Part shown: positions 28,255 through 38,700 of the stretch, one piece after another | Numbering within the stretch: position 1 is the stretch's first letter | How the letters are laid out: each line of letters begins with the position of its first letter | Origin: a virus | Taxonomy: Duplodnaviria > Caudoviricetes | DNA: 62,834 nt | Direction: 5' to 3' (one strand) | IMG/VR virus record: IMGVR_UViG_3300005805_000089 | Span: 1 to 62,834 of that record | Notes under the pieces: generated by a model | Told to the model about the DNA's origin: nothing | The model's input: the letters and a program-made list of their open reading frames with translations, nothing else | Databases searched by the model: none | Translations under genes and position numbers: made by a program

Positions 28255-31200
28255 TTATCCGTGTAAGTAATAATTTAATGCTACAGGGCTACCGTCGACC
28301 CCGCCAAGGAAATTCATCTTTGTATTTATGTTAATTTGTACGTTCGTTGTAGTTGTGATAGTATTACCTGCTATGTAAATCACACCTGCTGTTAAGCTAT
28401 TAACGTTAATACTAGATCCGCCGCCACCAATTTGTGAAGCAATATAGGCTTTGATAGCACGTTGAGTTGGTACGATGCTGTCTGAATCTGCTGTAAAGAA
28501 TGGGTCTGTTGAGAACTCATTAATACTTGCACCTGCTCCGCCTAGTGCCACACTACCAAGTTGCAATTCATTCAAACCAGCGATATTGAACGCATCAGCG
28601 TTCAATGTAGCAACGCCAGTCGCTTGTTCAACGTTAAACAATCCACCAACACGGAAGTTACCATCTTGGTCAGTACTTGTGTAGAACACACGTCCACCTT
28701 CGCTATCTACTGTTTCATTTTCAGGTACTTTGGGCTGTAATGCTAGATTTGGATAGTTTGTTTGTGTTTGATTGCCGGTACCGATATCTAAGAAGTCGTG
28801 TCCAGTTAAACGAACCTGTGAATATCTGCGTCTTAGGCTGATATCAGCTTCGTGTTCTGGTGATTCTAACTGTTCAATCGGTGGACTGATTTGTAATCTA
28901 GCTGAATAAGAACCGTCTGCTCTTTTAATAAACTGTGTTACGTTAACTAATCTATAGTAAACATCGTCAATACCAGTAATCTGTAAGTTAGCACCTGGTT
29001 CTGGTTCTGCTGTTAATTCTTTAACATTAATAAATGTACCTGTTTGATAACTGTCAGCATATCCATCTCCAACAACTGTAGCATCTGATGAGCTATAGCC
29101 TGTACCTCTATTAGTAAATGTTGGGCTACCTAGTACACCATTACCAATTCTAATTTCAGTAGTAGCATCTGCGCCAACATTATTAGGATCAGTGATAGTA
29201 ACTGTTGGGGCAACTGTATATCCGCCACCTGGTTCTGTGATCCAAACTTCTGTGATTTGATTATTGTCAACGAATGTTCTTGCTCTAGCTTTAGCACCAA
29301 ATTTTACCGTTAACAATTCAGTATTGTTTGTAGGTATCACAACAAATTGATGTGCACCTGCCGGGTTACCAAATACAGAAGCATTCCACTGTTTAGCACT
29401 GTTAGCTGTCATTGACCCTGACGCTGTTGTTAAATTAAATACGCCACCGCCTCTTGATGATTCGATCTTGAAATCTGTGCCGTTAACATTGATATCTTGT
29501 ATAAAATACACTGTTCCAGATACCACCCCACCAAATACTGTTCCTGTGAATACAATGCTGTCACCCACTTCTAAATTAGCTGTAGATGTTGTTGTGAATT
29601 CATCAGTTACTGTTGTTGCAGCAGTAACAGTTAGTGTAGTCCATGAAGCAGACTGTTCGGTCCATGCTAATCCATTTTCAGAAGTAGCTGCTGTTGGACT
29701 GTCTGATGTTGCTAAGAAAATACCATTACCGTATTTTACATTTTTCCATGTTCTTGATTGTGGTAGTGCTCCACCTGCGGTCCAAGTTGTACCACTTAAT
29801 GAATAAGCGTTGACTGTACCACCTGTGGCTACCGCAACAAATCTTCCTTGGCCGTATGCAACACTGGTGTAATTTCCAGATGGTATTGTTCTCGAAGTCC
29901 ATGATGTACCGTTAGCAGAACTTGCTGCTACCGTACCACCTTGTGCTACAGCTACAAATAGTCCTTTGCCGTATGCTACTGAAGTCCAGTTAGCACTTGG
30001 TAATCCACTCATTGATACCCATGTTGTACCGTTGGTTGAATATGCTGCATTGGTACTACCATTGGCCACTGCAACGAATCTATCATTACCGTAGGTTACA
30101 GATTTCCATGTTGCTGGAGCTGGTAATGGACCTGTAGATAACCAAGTGATACCGTCTCTACTATATGCTGCGTCGGTGCCACCACTAGCGATGGCTATAT
30201 AATAACCAACACCATTAAGTGTACCATAGGCTACTGATTCCCAAGTTGTATTGGTTGGCAGCGTTCTTGATGCCCATGTTACGCCATCTGTAGAACTTGC
30301 TGCTACTGTACCGCCACTGGATACTGCTACAAATTGTTGACTGATAGCAGTTCCTGTATATGTATATGATTCAATAGCATTACCGTTGGTTGCGTCGATT
30401 TCTGTAATTGTTACTGTGATATCGTTTGCCGGACTTGCACCACCTAATGATGTTCCAGCTATGGTAATATTATTACCTACAGTATAACTGTTACCAACTG
30501 CTGATATTTCTATTGTATAAGTACCTGCATGTCTTGTAACATTGAATGAAGCTGAATTACCACTACCACCGGTTACACCTACGTTGGTATATGATGCGTC
30601 GCCTGCACCATATACTGCGCCATTCCATGCTGAACTACTTGAAATAGTTGATGTAATTGTTTTTGTATATGTTGGTGCTGTGAATGATATTCTTGGAGCA
30701 ATAGTATAGAATGTTGTTAAATCAAGAGCTGCCTCAATGGTAGTTCCTGGAATAACATGATCCCAGCCCGATGTACCATCGCTTTCTTTTCTAATAGTAG
30801 CAACCTTAGTAGCAGCATTGTATGTGTTAATATAACCATACTGTCCTACACCTGTACCGCTGGTAATAAAGATAGCCATACCAACATATCCTAAACTGCT
30901 GATTGTGTCAGTGTTAGCTATGGTAATTTGAGTGGTTGTACCACTTTGTGCTACGTTTGAATTAGTGATATATCCTTGTCCACCAGGTCCTGATGAATCG
31001 CCCGGATCTGTTAGTCGAACTTGATATACTCCGCCGTCGCGGAATTCGTCTTGTACTGCCGCTGCATTAACACCAGCACCGCTGATAGTATAAGAAGCAT
31101 TGCTATAATTTATACCGGCATTTTCATATTCAAATGTATAAATTTGATCACCGCTGGTAAACACGTTGGCAATCTGTGCTTCAAATCCTTGATTGTTAAT

Positions 31201-34200
31201 TAATCCTTCAACTGGAACTTCTGTAACGTCGACCCCTTCTGCTACACTACCAAAATCACCGTAGGAGTTATTACCGTTGGTAGCACGAATCTTACCGCCG
31301 TTTTCTGCTAGATAGCCGATGTGGTTATAGTATGAGAACACTGAAACAAGTTCTGCACGTCCTAGGTTAGTAATCCATGCACCGATACCATCTGACAATA
31401 CTTGTGTAAAGTCGTTTGAAACGATAGAATCGTTACCACCGTTGTGTAGTGCACCGTCAATCTTCTGACCAACACAGGCTGTACCAAATGTAGTGACGTT
31501 TTGTACGTATGTAGATTTATTAGTGACCCATGCTTTAGTATCGTTTGGTCCCCAACCCGGATCAAGACTCACGTAAGCTCCTGCTAATGGACGTTTAGTA
31601 CCAAATGCGTTAGCCGCTGTAAGACCGTCTGGATCACCTGCACCTGCTGTATTACCGTCAGACGTACCATCTAATCCTGTTAGTGTCATATTTCTAATAC
31701 CGCAACCGTTACGTACATAGAACATGTCTTCTAATTTAGAACCAGTAAGAGCATTTCTATAATAACGAGCTGCTAACACAACTTTGTAATTACCAGTATA
31801 GGTCATATCATATGCAATAGCTTCAACATACCTACTGATATCATTTTTACATTGATCAGCATCATAAACGTATGCTACCACCATCGATCCTGCTGCCGTT
31901 GATAGATCTAATGCTGCTCCACCTAACGTTAATGATATTTTAAATGTTCCCGGTGCTGGAATACTATGTACATAATACGTTGTGCCTGCTGTGACACCAC
32001 CAAATGCAGTTCCTGAGAATACAATAGCATCATCTGCTACCATCCATGCTGTTGTTGAACAGGTAAATGTGTCAGTAGATCCGCCGGTAGAGGCTGTAAC
32101 CGTTGCTTTAAAGGTATTAGTAGCGTAAGCAGCACCTTCTGCTGCTAAGAATCGAGAATTTAAACGTAATATTAAAGCACCATTGAGCATGTCTAGACTG
32201 GTTGTTGGTAAGTTTACTCCTGTGTTTACAGGAATATTACCGGTATTAACGATACCGCTGATATATGACCATAACAAATCAGCAAACACTACAGCACCGC
32301 TGGTTGCGATCTCGCTAACTTTAAGTCCTACAAAATCAATAACTGCTTCTTGTGCATCTAGTTGTTCTGTTAATACAACCAATGTTGATGTTGTTCCTCG
32401 TTGATATGCTAGACCACTTTGAATTGATAAGAAGTTTGAACCAAACATCAAATCATAGCCAAGCGCATCTACCATATATCCAACATCTCTTGAACATAAT
32501 ACTGTATCAAAGTTAAGTGTTGGAAAACGACGTTTAACAAATTGTACAGCATCTGTTTGTATTTCTGCTTTAGCATCATTAATTGCTGTTCTAGCAGTAA
32601 CTAATGCTGTTGCTACCCATGCTGTATATGGAGCAATAGTTGTTGGTTCTGTTCCTGTGTTAATCGTATCGTATATTTGTTGTATACGATCTTGTGCGAA
32701 TGCCCCACCGTCTGCTGAACCGGGTGTACCGCTGACATCTTGTGATAATAGTGTTGTTTTAGTCCAACCTGCTGTATTACCTGTAGCGATATTATCAATA
32801 ATATCTTTAATTCTTAATTGAACAGCCAATGCTGGTGCTAGTTCTACTGTAGGCTCAACAAATGATCCTAAACTGTAATATGATCTAGCAGCAATTTGTG
32901 TTGCAAGATTTCCACCATATGTTAAATCATAAACAAGTGCATCTACGATATATCCAACATCTCGTTCACATTTTGTTCTGCGTGTTCCTGTGTAGGTAAA
33001 CCCAACAAATCCCGGTGCAGCAGCAGCAATTTGTGCTAGAATCCATTCGCTTACTTCGTCTTGTAAGAATGCTTTATTAGCAAGAATTAATCTACGAGCA
33101 TCATCAAAACCAGATGTATTGCCTGTTGGATATGCTGTTGCAGCATACGCTGTGTTGATTAGAGTAGAACCCCAGTTAGTAGGATCTGGATATACATAAG
33201 CATTTGGTGTATTGTTTACAACAATATCTTTGATTTCTGCTGAATTAGCGATTACAGAATTTAATGCTGTTGTACTACCGATACTACCTGCACGTTGACT
33301 TGTAGTGTCTTGTGTTTCTGTATTACCAGTAGTCGGTGTTACAGCAATATTTTGTATAACATCGTCAGTTACAGATCGAACGTGTGCAATCACAGACACA
33401 GATTTTGCCTTATCATTAGTAGCAATAATTTTACCCGATGGGCTTACTCTAGTACCACGAAGTTCGTCACCAACTACACCAGTTCTTGCTGGAAGGATAA
33501 TTGGTAATGTTTCATAATATTGACCAGTTTTAATATTAATGGTCCAAGCCGGTTCGACTAGTAACGGAACATCATCTGATGTACCTGCTGTGATAGCATC
33601 AGTTATGATCGTGATCAAGTCATCGATAGTTGTTTGAGCACCATCTTCTTCTACGTTGCTGTAGTTAACATATTGTTTAACAGGAGTCACTACGCCGTAC
33701 AATGTTTGATAATTAGCAACAGGTGTTTCGTTTGACACAACATCGTCTATAATTGTGTTTAGATATGTAATAGCATCAACCGTTTGTACATCTTCTGCTG
33801 CGATTACAGGAAGTATAACTCCTGTAGTAGGATTGAAATATGTTAGTGTTGCTTCTCTAGTTTTTGAATTACCACTATGGCTTAGGTCATAAACAAGAGC
33901 ATCAACGATTAATCCCATATCGCGTTCACATTTTGCTGGACTTGGATTTGTAAATCCATTCCATACGCCGATGTTATTTGCAATGTTGTAAGCAACATAA
34001 GCACTAATTTCTGCCTGCAAGAATGTTCTATTATGTTCTAATAAAGTTCTAGCATTTGGATTTTCATAACCTTTATCAATTTGATCGCAGGCATATCTTA
34101 AACTAGCCCAAGGTTTATCAAGAGTTAATCCGTAGGTTGGAGCTGGAGTATCAATACCATGAGGTGCTACATATAATAGATTGTCTACAACACCATAGGT

Positions 34201-35682
34201 TTTCCATTCAGGATATCCTGTTTCGCTAACACTTAATACCTGTCCATTTTCACCGATTGGTAATCTTGTTGGGCCAATGCCACCGAAGTAAACTAAATCA
34301 CCTGTGGTTGTAAGAACGCTTTCTTCTGGACCACCAGATAATAGTGCCCAGTATACACCTGTTAAATCTTTTTCGGGACTGTTGTTTGTTGGTGTTAATG
34401 AGCTGTCATCATCATCGCTGATATGAGCTAATACACAAATGTAGGTGCTGTTACCATATCTTATAGCATCCCCTAATCTGTATTGTGTACTATTTTGCCA
34501 ATCACCTTGCCAGCGGATACCGCTGTTTAATCTTTCCCAATAGGTTAGATTTGGTGGAACTTGACCTGTGCTATCTGCAATAGCTACATAGGTGTAACCA
34601 TTTAATCTAATAACATCACCAGTTCTATAAGTTGTACCTATTAACCAATCACCTTGGAATTTTAAGTTTGTTGTGTATAGATCCCAATCTGTGGAATTTG
34701 TTGATGGCGGACTTAATGTTGCTGCTGTATGATTTGTTTTAGAAACATAAGCATATCCACCATATGTTGCTACATCACCTGGTTGATATATAGTACCGTT
34801 TGTCCATGTATTTTCAAATTCAAGACCTTCAACATATTGTGCCCAGCGACCTGCTGTAGCATCTGCTTGGAATGTTGTTGCCACTGCTGATGAGTGATAC
34901 GCTGTACAGATCCAAACACCGGCACCATACTTAACAATGTCATTGACCTTATATCTTACAGATGCATTACTCCAGGTACCTTTATATTCAGTGCCTTTGT
35001 GCATATAATCCCAACTAGATTGATCTGGTTCGAGACCTAATGCTGCTGTAGCTTGTGATGTGTGTCCTAGATTACAGATATAGGTAATACCACCGTATTT
35101 TACAACGTCATTAATTTTGTAACGTGTAGAGGTAGTCCAATCACCTTTCCAATCAAAACTTTCTATGTAGATAGTCCAATCAGCTAAATTTGCTTCAAGC
35201 CCAGAAGAAAGTGTTGATGATGATGTATGTGGATTGTTACAAATATAACTGTTACCACCATATTTGACAATATCATATTCTTTATATCTGGTGCTTACAG
35301 TCCAGTCTGTTTTGTATTCACTGCTGGTGGCAAATAAATCCCAATCAGATAGATTATCTTCTAATCCTAGAGTGGTCGTAGCGGCTGAAGTATGACCATC
35401 ATTACAGATATAAAGAGACCCACCGTATTTTACGATGTCATTTTCTTTGTAGTATGTGCTAACATTCCAATCGCCGGTCCATACCTGACCATCAGTAACT
35501 TGGTTCCATCTTGTAGGAACATTTTCCGAATCAACATAAAAGTCTGCATTAGCAACGTGTCCTACAACACATAAGAAAGTTTTGCCACCGTATCTAACGA
35601 TGTCATCTTTATAGTATGTAGTGCCGGTAACCCAGTCACCTTGCCATACAAATTTAATTCTACCTAGTTTAAACTCAGCCAT
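28255..35682 (-). CDS. Giant tail fibre / baseplate-associated protein (2475 aa)
   Basis: Eight N-terminal W-x5-Y-x3-D-x-V-x-Y-x-G repeats, four CxRD/CxND helical modules, beta-helix-like core, Asp-box propeller; paralog of 35757-41171. Confidence 0.8.
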   Translation of the reverse strand: MAEFKLGRIKFVWQGDWVTGTTYYKDDIVRYGGKTFLCVVGHVANADFYVDSENVPTRWNQVTDGQVWTGDWNVSTYYKENDIVKYGGSLYICNDGHTSAATTTLGLEDNLSDWDLFATSSEYKTDWTVSTRYKEYDIVKYGGNSYICNNPHTSSSTLSSGLEANLADWTIYIESFDWKGDWTTSTRYKINDVVKYGGITYICNLGHTSQATAALGLEPDQSSWDYMHKGTEYKGTWSNASVRYKVNDIVKYGAGVWICTAYHSSAVATTFQADATAGRWAQYVEGLEFENTWTNGTIYQPGDVATYGGYAYVSKTNHTAATLSPPSTNSTDWDLYTTNLKFQGDWLIGTTYRTGDVIRLNGYTYVAIADSTGQVPPNLTYWERLNSGIRWQGDWQNSTQYRLGDAIRYGNSTYICVLAHISDDDDSSLTPTNNSPEKDLTGVYWALLSGGPEESVLTTTGDLVYFGGIGPTRLPIGENGQVLSVSETGYPEWKTYGVVDNLLYVAPHGIDTPAPTYGLTLDKPWASLRYACDQIDKGYENPNARTLLEHNRTFLQAEISAYVAYNIANNIGVWNGFTNPSPAKCERDMGLIVDALVYDLSHSGNSKTREATLTYFNPTTGVILPVIAAEDVQTVDAITYLNTIIDDVVSNETPVANYQTLYGVVTPVKQYVNYSNVEEDGAQTTIDDLITIITDAITAGTSDDVPLLVEPAWTINIKTGQYYETLPIILPARTGVVGDELRGTRVSPSGKIIATNDKAKSVSVIAHVRSVTDDVIQNIAVTPTTGNTETQDTTSQRAGSIGSTTALNSVIANSAEIKDIVVNNTPNAYVYPDPTNWGSTLINTAYAATAYPTGNTSGFDDARRLILANKAFLQDEVSEWILAQIAAAAPGFVGFTYTGTRRTKCERDVGYIVDALVYDLTYGGNLATQIAARSYYSLGSFVEPTVELAPALAVQLRIKDIIDNIATGNTAGWTKTTLLSQDVSGTPGSADGGAFAQDRIQQIYDTINTGTEPTTIAPYTAWVATALVTARTAINDAKAEIQTDAVQFVKRRFPTLNFDTVLCSRDVGYMVDALGYDLMFGSNFLSIQSGLAYQRGTTSTLVVLTEQLDAQEAVIDFVGLKVSEIATSGAVVFADLLWSYISGIVNTGNIPVNTGVNLPTTSLDMLNGALILRLNSRFLAAEGAAYATNTFKATVTASTGGSTDTFTCSTTAWMVADDAIVFSGTAFGGVTAGTTYYVHSIPAPGTFKISLTLGGAALDLSTAAGSMVVAYVYDADQCKNDISRYVEAIAYDMTYTGNYKVVLAARYYRNALTGSKLEDMFYVRNGCGIRNMTLTGLDGTSDGNTAGAGDPDGLTAANAFGTKRPLAGAYVSLDPGWGPNDTKAWVTNKSTYVQNVTTFGTACVGQKIDGALHNGGNDSIVSNDFTQVLSDGIGAWITNLGRAELVSVFSYYNHIGYLAENGGKIRATNGNNSYGDFGSVAEGVDVTEVPVEGLINNQGFEAQIANVFTSGDQIYTFEYENAGINYSNASYTISGAGVNAAAVQDEFRDGGVYQVRLTDPGDSSGPGGQGYITNSNVAQSGTTTQITIANTDTISSLGYVGMAIFITSGTGVGQYGYINTYNAATKVATIRKESDGTSGWDHVIPGTTIEAALDLTTFYTIAPRISFTAPTYTKTITSTISSSSAWNGAVYGAGDASYTNVGVTGGSGNSASFNVTRHAGTYTIEISAVGNSYTVGNNITIAGTSLGGASPANDITVTITEIDATNGNAIESYTYTGTAISQQFVAVSSGGTVAASSTDGVTWASRTLPTNTTWESVAYGTLNGVGYYIAIASGGTDAAYSRDGITWLSTGPLPAPATWKSVTYGNDRFVAVANGSTNAAYSTNGTTWVSMSGLPSANWTSVAYGKGLFVAVAQGGTVAASSANGTSWTSRTIPSGNYTSVAYGQGRFVAVATGGTVNAYSLSGTTWTAGGALPQSRTWKNVKYGNGIFLATSDSPTAATSENGLAWTEQSASWTTLTVTAATTVTDEFTTTSTANLEVGDSIVFTGTVFGGVVSGTVYFIQDINVNGTDFKIESSRGGGVFNLTTASGSMTANSAKQWNASVFGNPAGAHQFVVIPTNNTELLTVKFGAKARARTFVDNNQITEVWITEPGGGYTVAPTVTITDPNNVGADATTEIRIGNGVLGSPTFTNRGTGYSSSDATVVGDGYADSYQTGTFINVKELTAEPEPGANLQITGIDDVYYRLVNVTQFIKRADGSYSARLQISPPIEQLESPEHEADISLRRRYSQVRLTGHDFLDIGTGNQTQTNYPNLALQPKVPENETVDSEGGRVFYTSTDQDGNFRVGGLFNVEQATGVATLNADAFNIAGLNELQLGSVALGGAGASINEFSTDPFFTADSDSIVPTQRAIKAYIASQIGGGGSSINVNSLTAGVIYIAGNTITTTTNVQININTKMNFLGGVDGSPVALNYYLHG
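34340..35650 (-). repeat. Eight tandem ~50-aa CBM5/12-like coding repeats (approximate bounds)
   Basis: e.g. WTTSTRYKINDVVKYGGITYICNLGH. Confidence 0.75.
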
Positions 35683-35756
35683 TTAATGCTCCATTTATTG
35701 CGTTTTTATTATTTATCGTAAATTTTTATTACCAGTTATTAGTTAAAAGTTCCACC

Positions 35757-38700
35757 TTATCCACCTTGAGCAGCATTAAAATCTCTATCTGAACTTTGGT
35801 CACCCATAAATGCATCATAGAAGAACGATAGAGCTAATAAATCGCCGTCAACTCCGCTTTTGAAATTCACTTTTACCGGAATATCAATTTGTGTAAGTGT
35901 GGTTGTTGTAATAATATCCGGACCACCAATTTGAATAATACCAGATAACGCTATACCAGTTTTAGCGTCAGATCCGCCACCACTAACTCTATTAGCCACG
36001 TATGCTTTAATAGCTCGCTGTGTTGGAACGATGTTATTACTATCTGCGGTAAATTTAGTATCTGTTGAAAATTCACGGATAACAGCACCAGTACCTCCCG
36101 CACTAATACCGCCTAACTGAACTTCTTCAAGCCCTTCTAAGGCAAAAAAGTCAGCACTTAAAGTTACAGTACCTGTCGATTGTTCAACAGCAAATAGTTC
36201 ACCAACACGGAAATTACCGTCCTGGTCAGTACTGGTGTAGAACACACGCCCCGAACCTAATTCAGCAAATTCAAACTCTGGTGCTAATACCGTGCCATTT
36301 GGGAATAGGGTATTTGGATAATTTGTCTGAGTAAAGTTGCCAAGCCCAATATCTAAGAAGTCGTGTCCTGTGATACGCACCTGACTGTATTTTTGTCTGA
36401 TCTCTATGTTTTCACCATGTTCTGGTGCTTCAGCTCGACCCAATGCTTTAGCTATGGTTAATCTTGCAGTTAGATTAGGTTCAGTACCGCCAAGAATGGT
36501 TACGACCAACACTCTATATGTGTAATCTGTAATACTATCGAAAAATAAATTATCTCCCGGTCTAGGTTCTCTAGAAAGATTTTCTACGATAATATCTTTT
36601 CCTATCTGATATAGATCTTGATAACCGTCACCGGTGATAGTAATGTCTGTAGATGTGCTAAAATATCCAGTCCCAGCATTGTTTAATGTTGGATTAGCTA
36701 TAACACCATTTCCGACTCTAACATCCACAGCAACATCTGCTGTGTTATTTGGATCTGTAAGTGTTATTGTAGGATCTGCCGTATATCCGGAACCTGGTTC
36801 CCAAATATCAATAGCTGATACTTTTGCATCTACAACGGTTGCTCTACCCTGTGTTCTTGCACCTGTTAAAATTTCTAAAGCTGTTGAACTTGGGCTGGTA
36901 TATCCTGCAATAGCCACAAACTTTCCTGCACCATATGTAGCAGAAGCCCAAGGACTTGAACTCACTGTTCTACTGGTCCATGTAATTCCGTCATATGAAG
37001 TTGCTGTTTGGCTTGATCCTGTTGCCATAGCCAAGAATGCGCCGCCGCCATAAGCTAATACTTTCCAATTTAGTGTAGCAGATCCTGGTAACGTAGTTGC
37101 AGTCCAGTTAATACCGTCTAAACTATAAAATGCTACATTTGATGTCGTACCTTCTATAGCTACGAATCTACCATTACCAAATACCACAGATTCTGCGCCA
37201 CCAACAAATGATCCAGAAGACCATGTTTGTCCATCTGTTGAGTAGGCTGTTTGAGTCACTGTTGAATCGCTCTTAGCTACAGCTACAAATTTGCCGTTGC
37301 CGTAGGTTACTGAGTTCCAGTCTGCTCCGTCTGGTAATGTTACCTGTGACCATGTTAGCCCGCCATCTGTTGATCTAGCTCCTTTGTCTTGTCCTTGTGC
37401 CACTGCTACCCAGACATCAGCATAATCTCCGTATACCACTGAGGTATAATTGTTTGCTGGGATGGTCACTGTAGTCCATGAAGTACCATTAGTCGAATAT
37501 GCTGCTGTAGTTCCGCCGGTAGCCACCGCTACAAATTTTCCGTTACCGTAGGCAACTGAAGACCAATCTTGTGAAGGTATACTTCCTGCAGTCCAGGATG
37601 TACCATTTGCACTAGCAGCAACATTGTTGCCATTGCCGATAGCAACGAATAAACTACCACTGCTAGCCACCGATGACCAGTTAACACTATTTGGTAGTGT
37701 ACCTGCTGATGATGAAAAACTTGGTTCACTAAATGTAATTCTAGGTTCTATGTAATATTGTGTTGAAGTATCTAATGTTGATTCTATAGCAGTACCTGGA
37801 ATAATATGATCCCAACCTGAAAAATGTAAGACCATTGATCCTGTTGATGTAGAGACTGATATCTGAACATTGCTAATATCTTTAAGAGTAATTGTAGTAT
37901 CATTGACTATCGATTCAATATAGTAGATAGTTTTATTTGATAATCCACCAAATGTAGATCCAGATAAAACAACTTTGGTATTAACAGCTAGATTATTAAC
38001 ATTTGCAACAGTTATATAATTTGTAGTAATTGTTGTGGCAGTGATATTGATAGAAGGAAATTTTTCCTTGGCAATATACACATCTTTGCTGACAGTGTCT
38101 AACTCTACAATATAACCGTACTGTCCTGCTCCTGTTCCTGACTGTAAAAATAATCTTAATCCAACATATTGAGCATTGGTCGCAGTATTTTGTGCAGCCA
38201 ATCTAATAACTTCATTATTACCTTGTTGAGATTGTCCGATGTTAATAGTATATCCAAGACCGCCGAGTAATGATGAATCACCTCGATCAACGATTCTCGC
38301 TTCAAAAACAGCACCATCACGGAATTCGTTTCCAGTTAGTGCAGCGTTAACTCCAGACCCTGCTACTGAAAAATTAGCCTGTGTGTAATTTACACCAGCA
38401 TTAGAGAATAATAATTTTGAAATATTACCTGCGATACAAAATGTTGAAGCGATCTGAGCTTCATAATATCTATTGTTCAACGTGCAGGTAATTGGTATTT
38501 CGTTACTGTTAGTGGCTATAGAGACACTACCGTATGTACCATAAGAGTTGTTACCATTAGTAGCACGGATCTTACCGCCGTTTTCTGCTAGATAACCAAT
38601 ATAATTATAGTAAGTAAACACAGACACAAGTTCTGATTTACCTTCTTCAACTATCCATGCACCGATACCGTCATCAAGAACCTGTGTAAAGTCGTTGGCT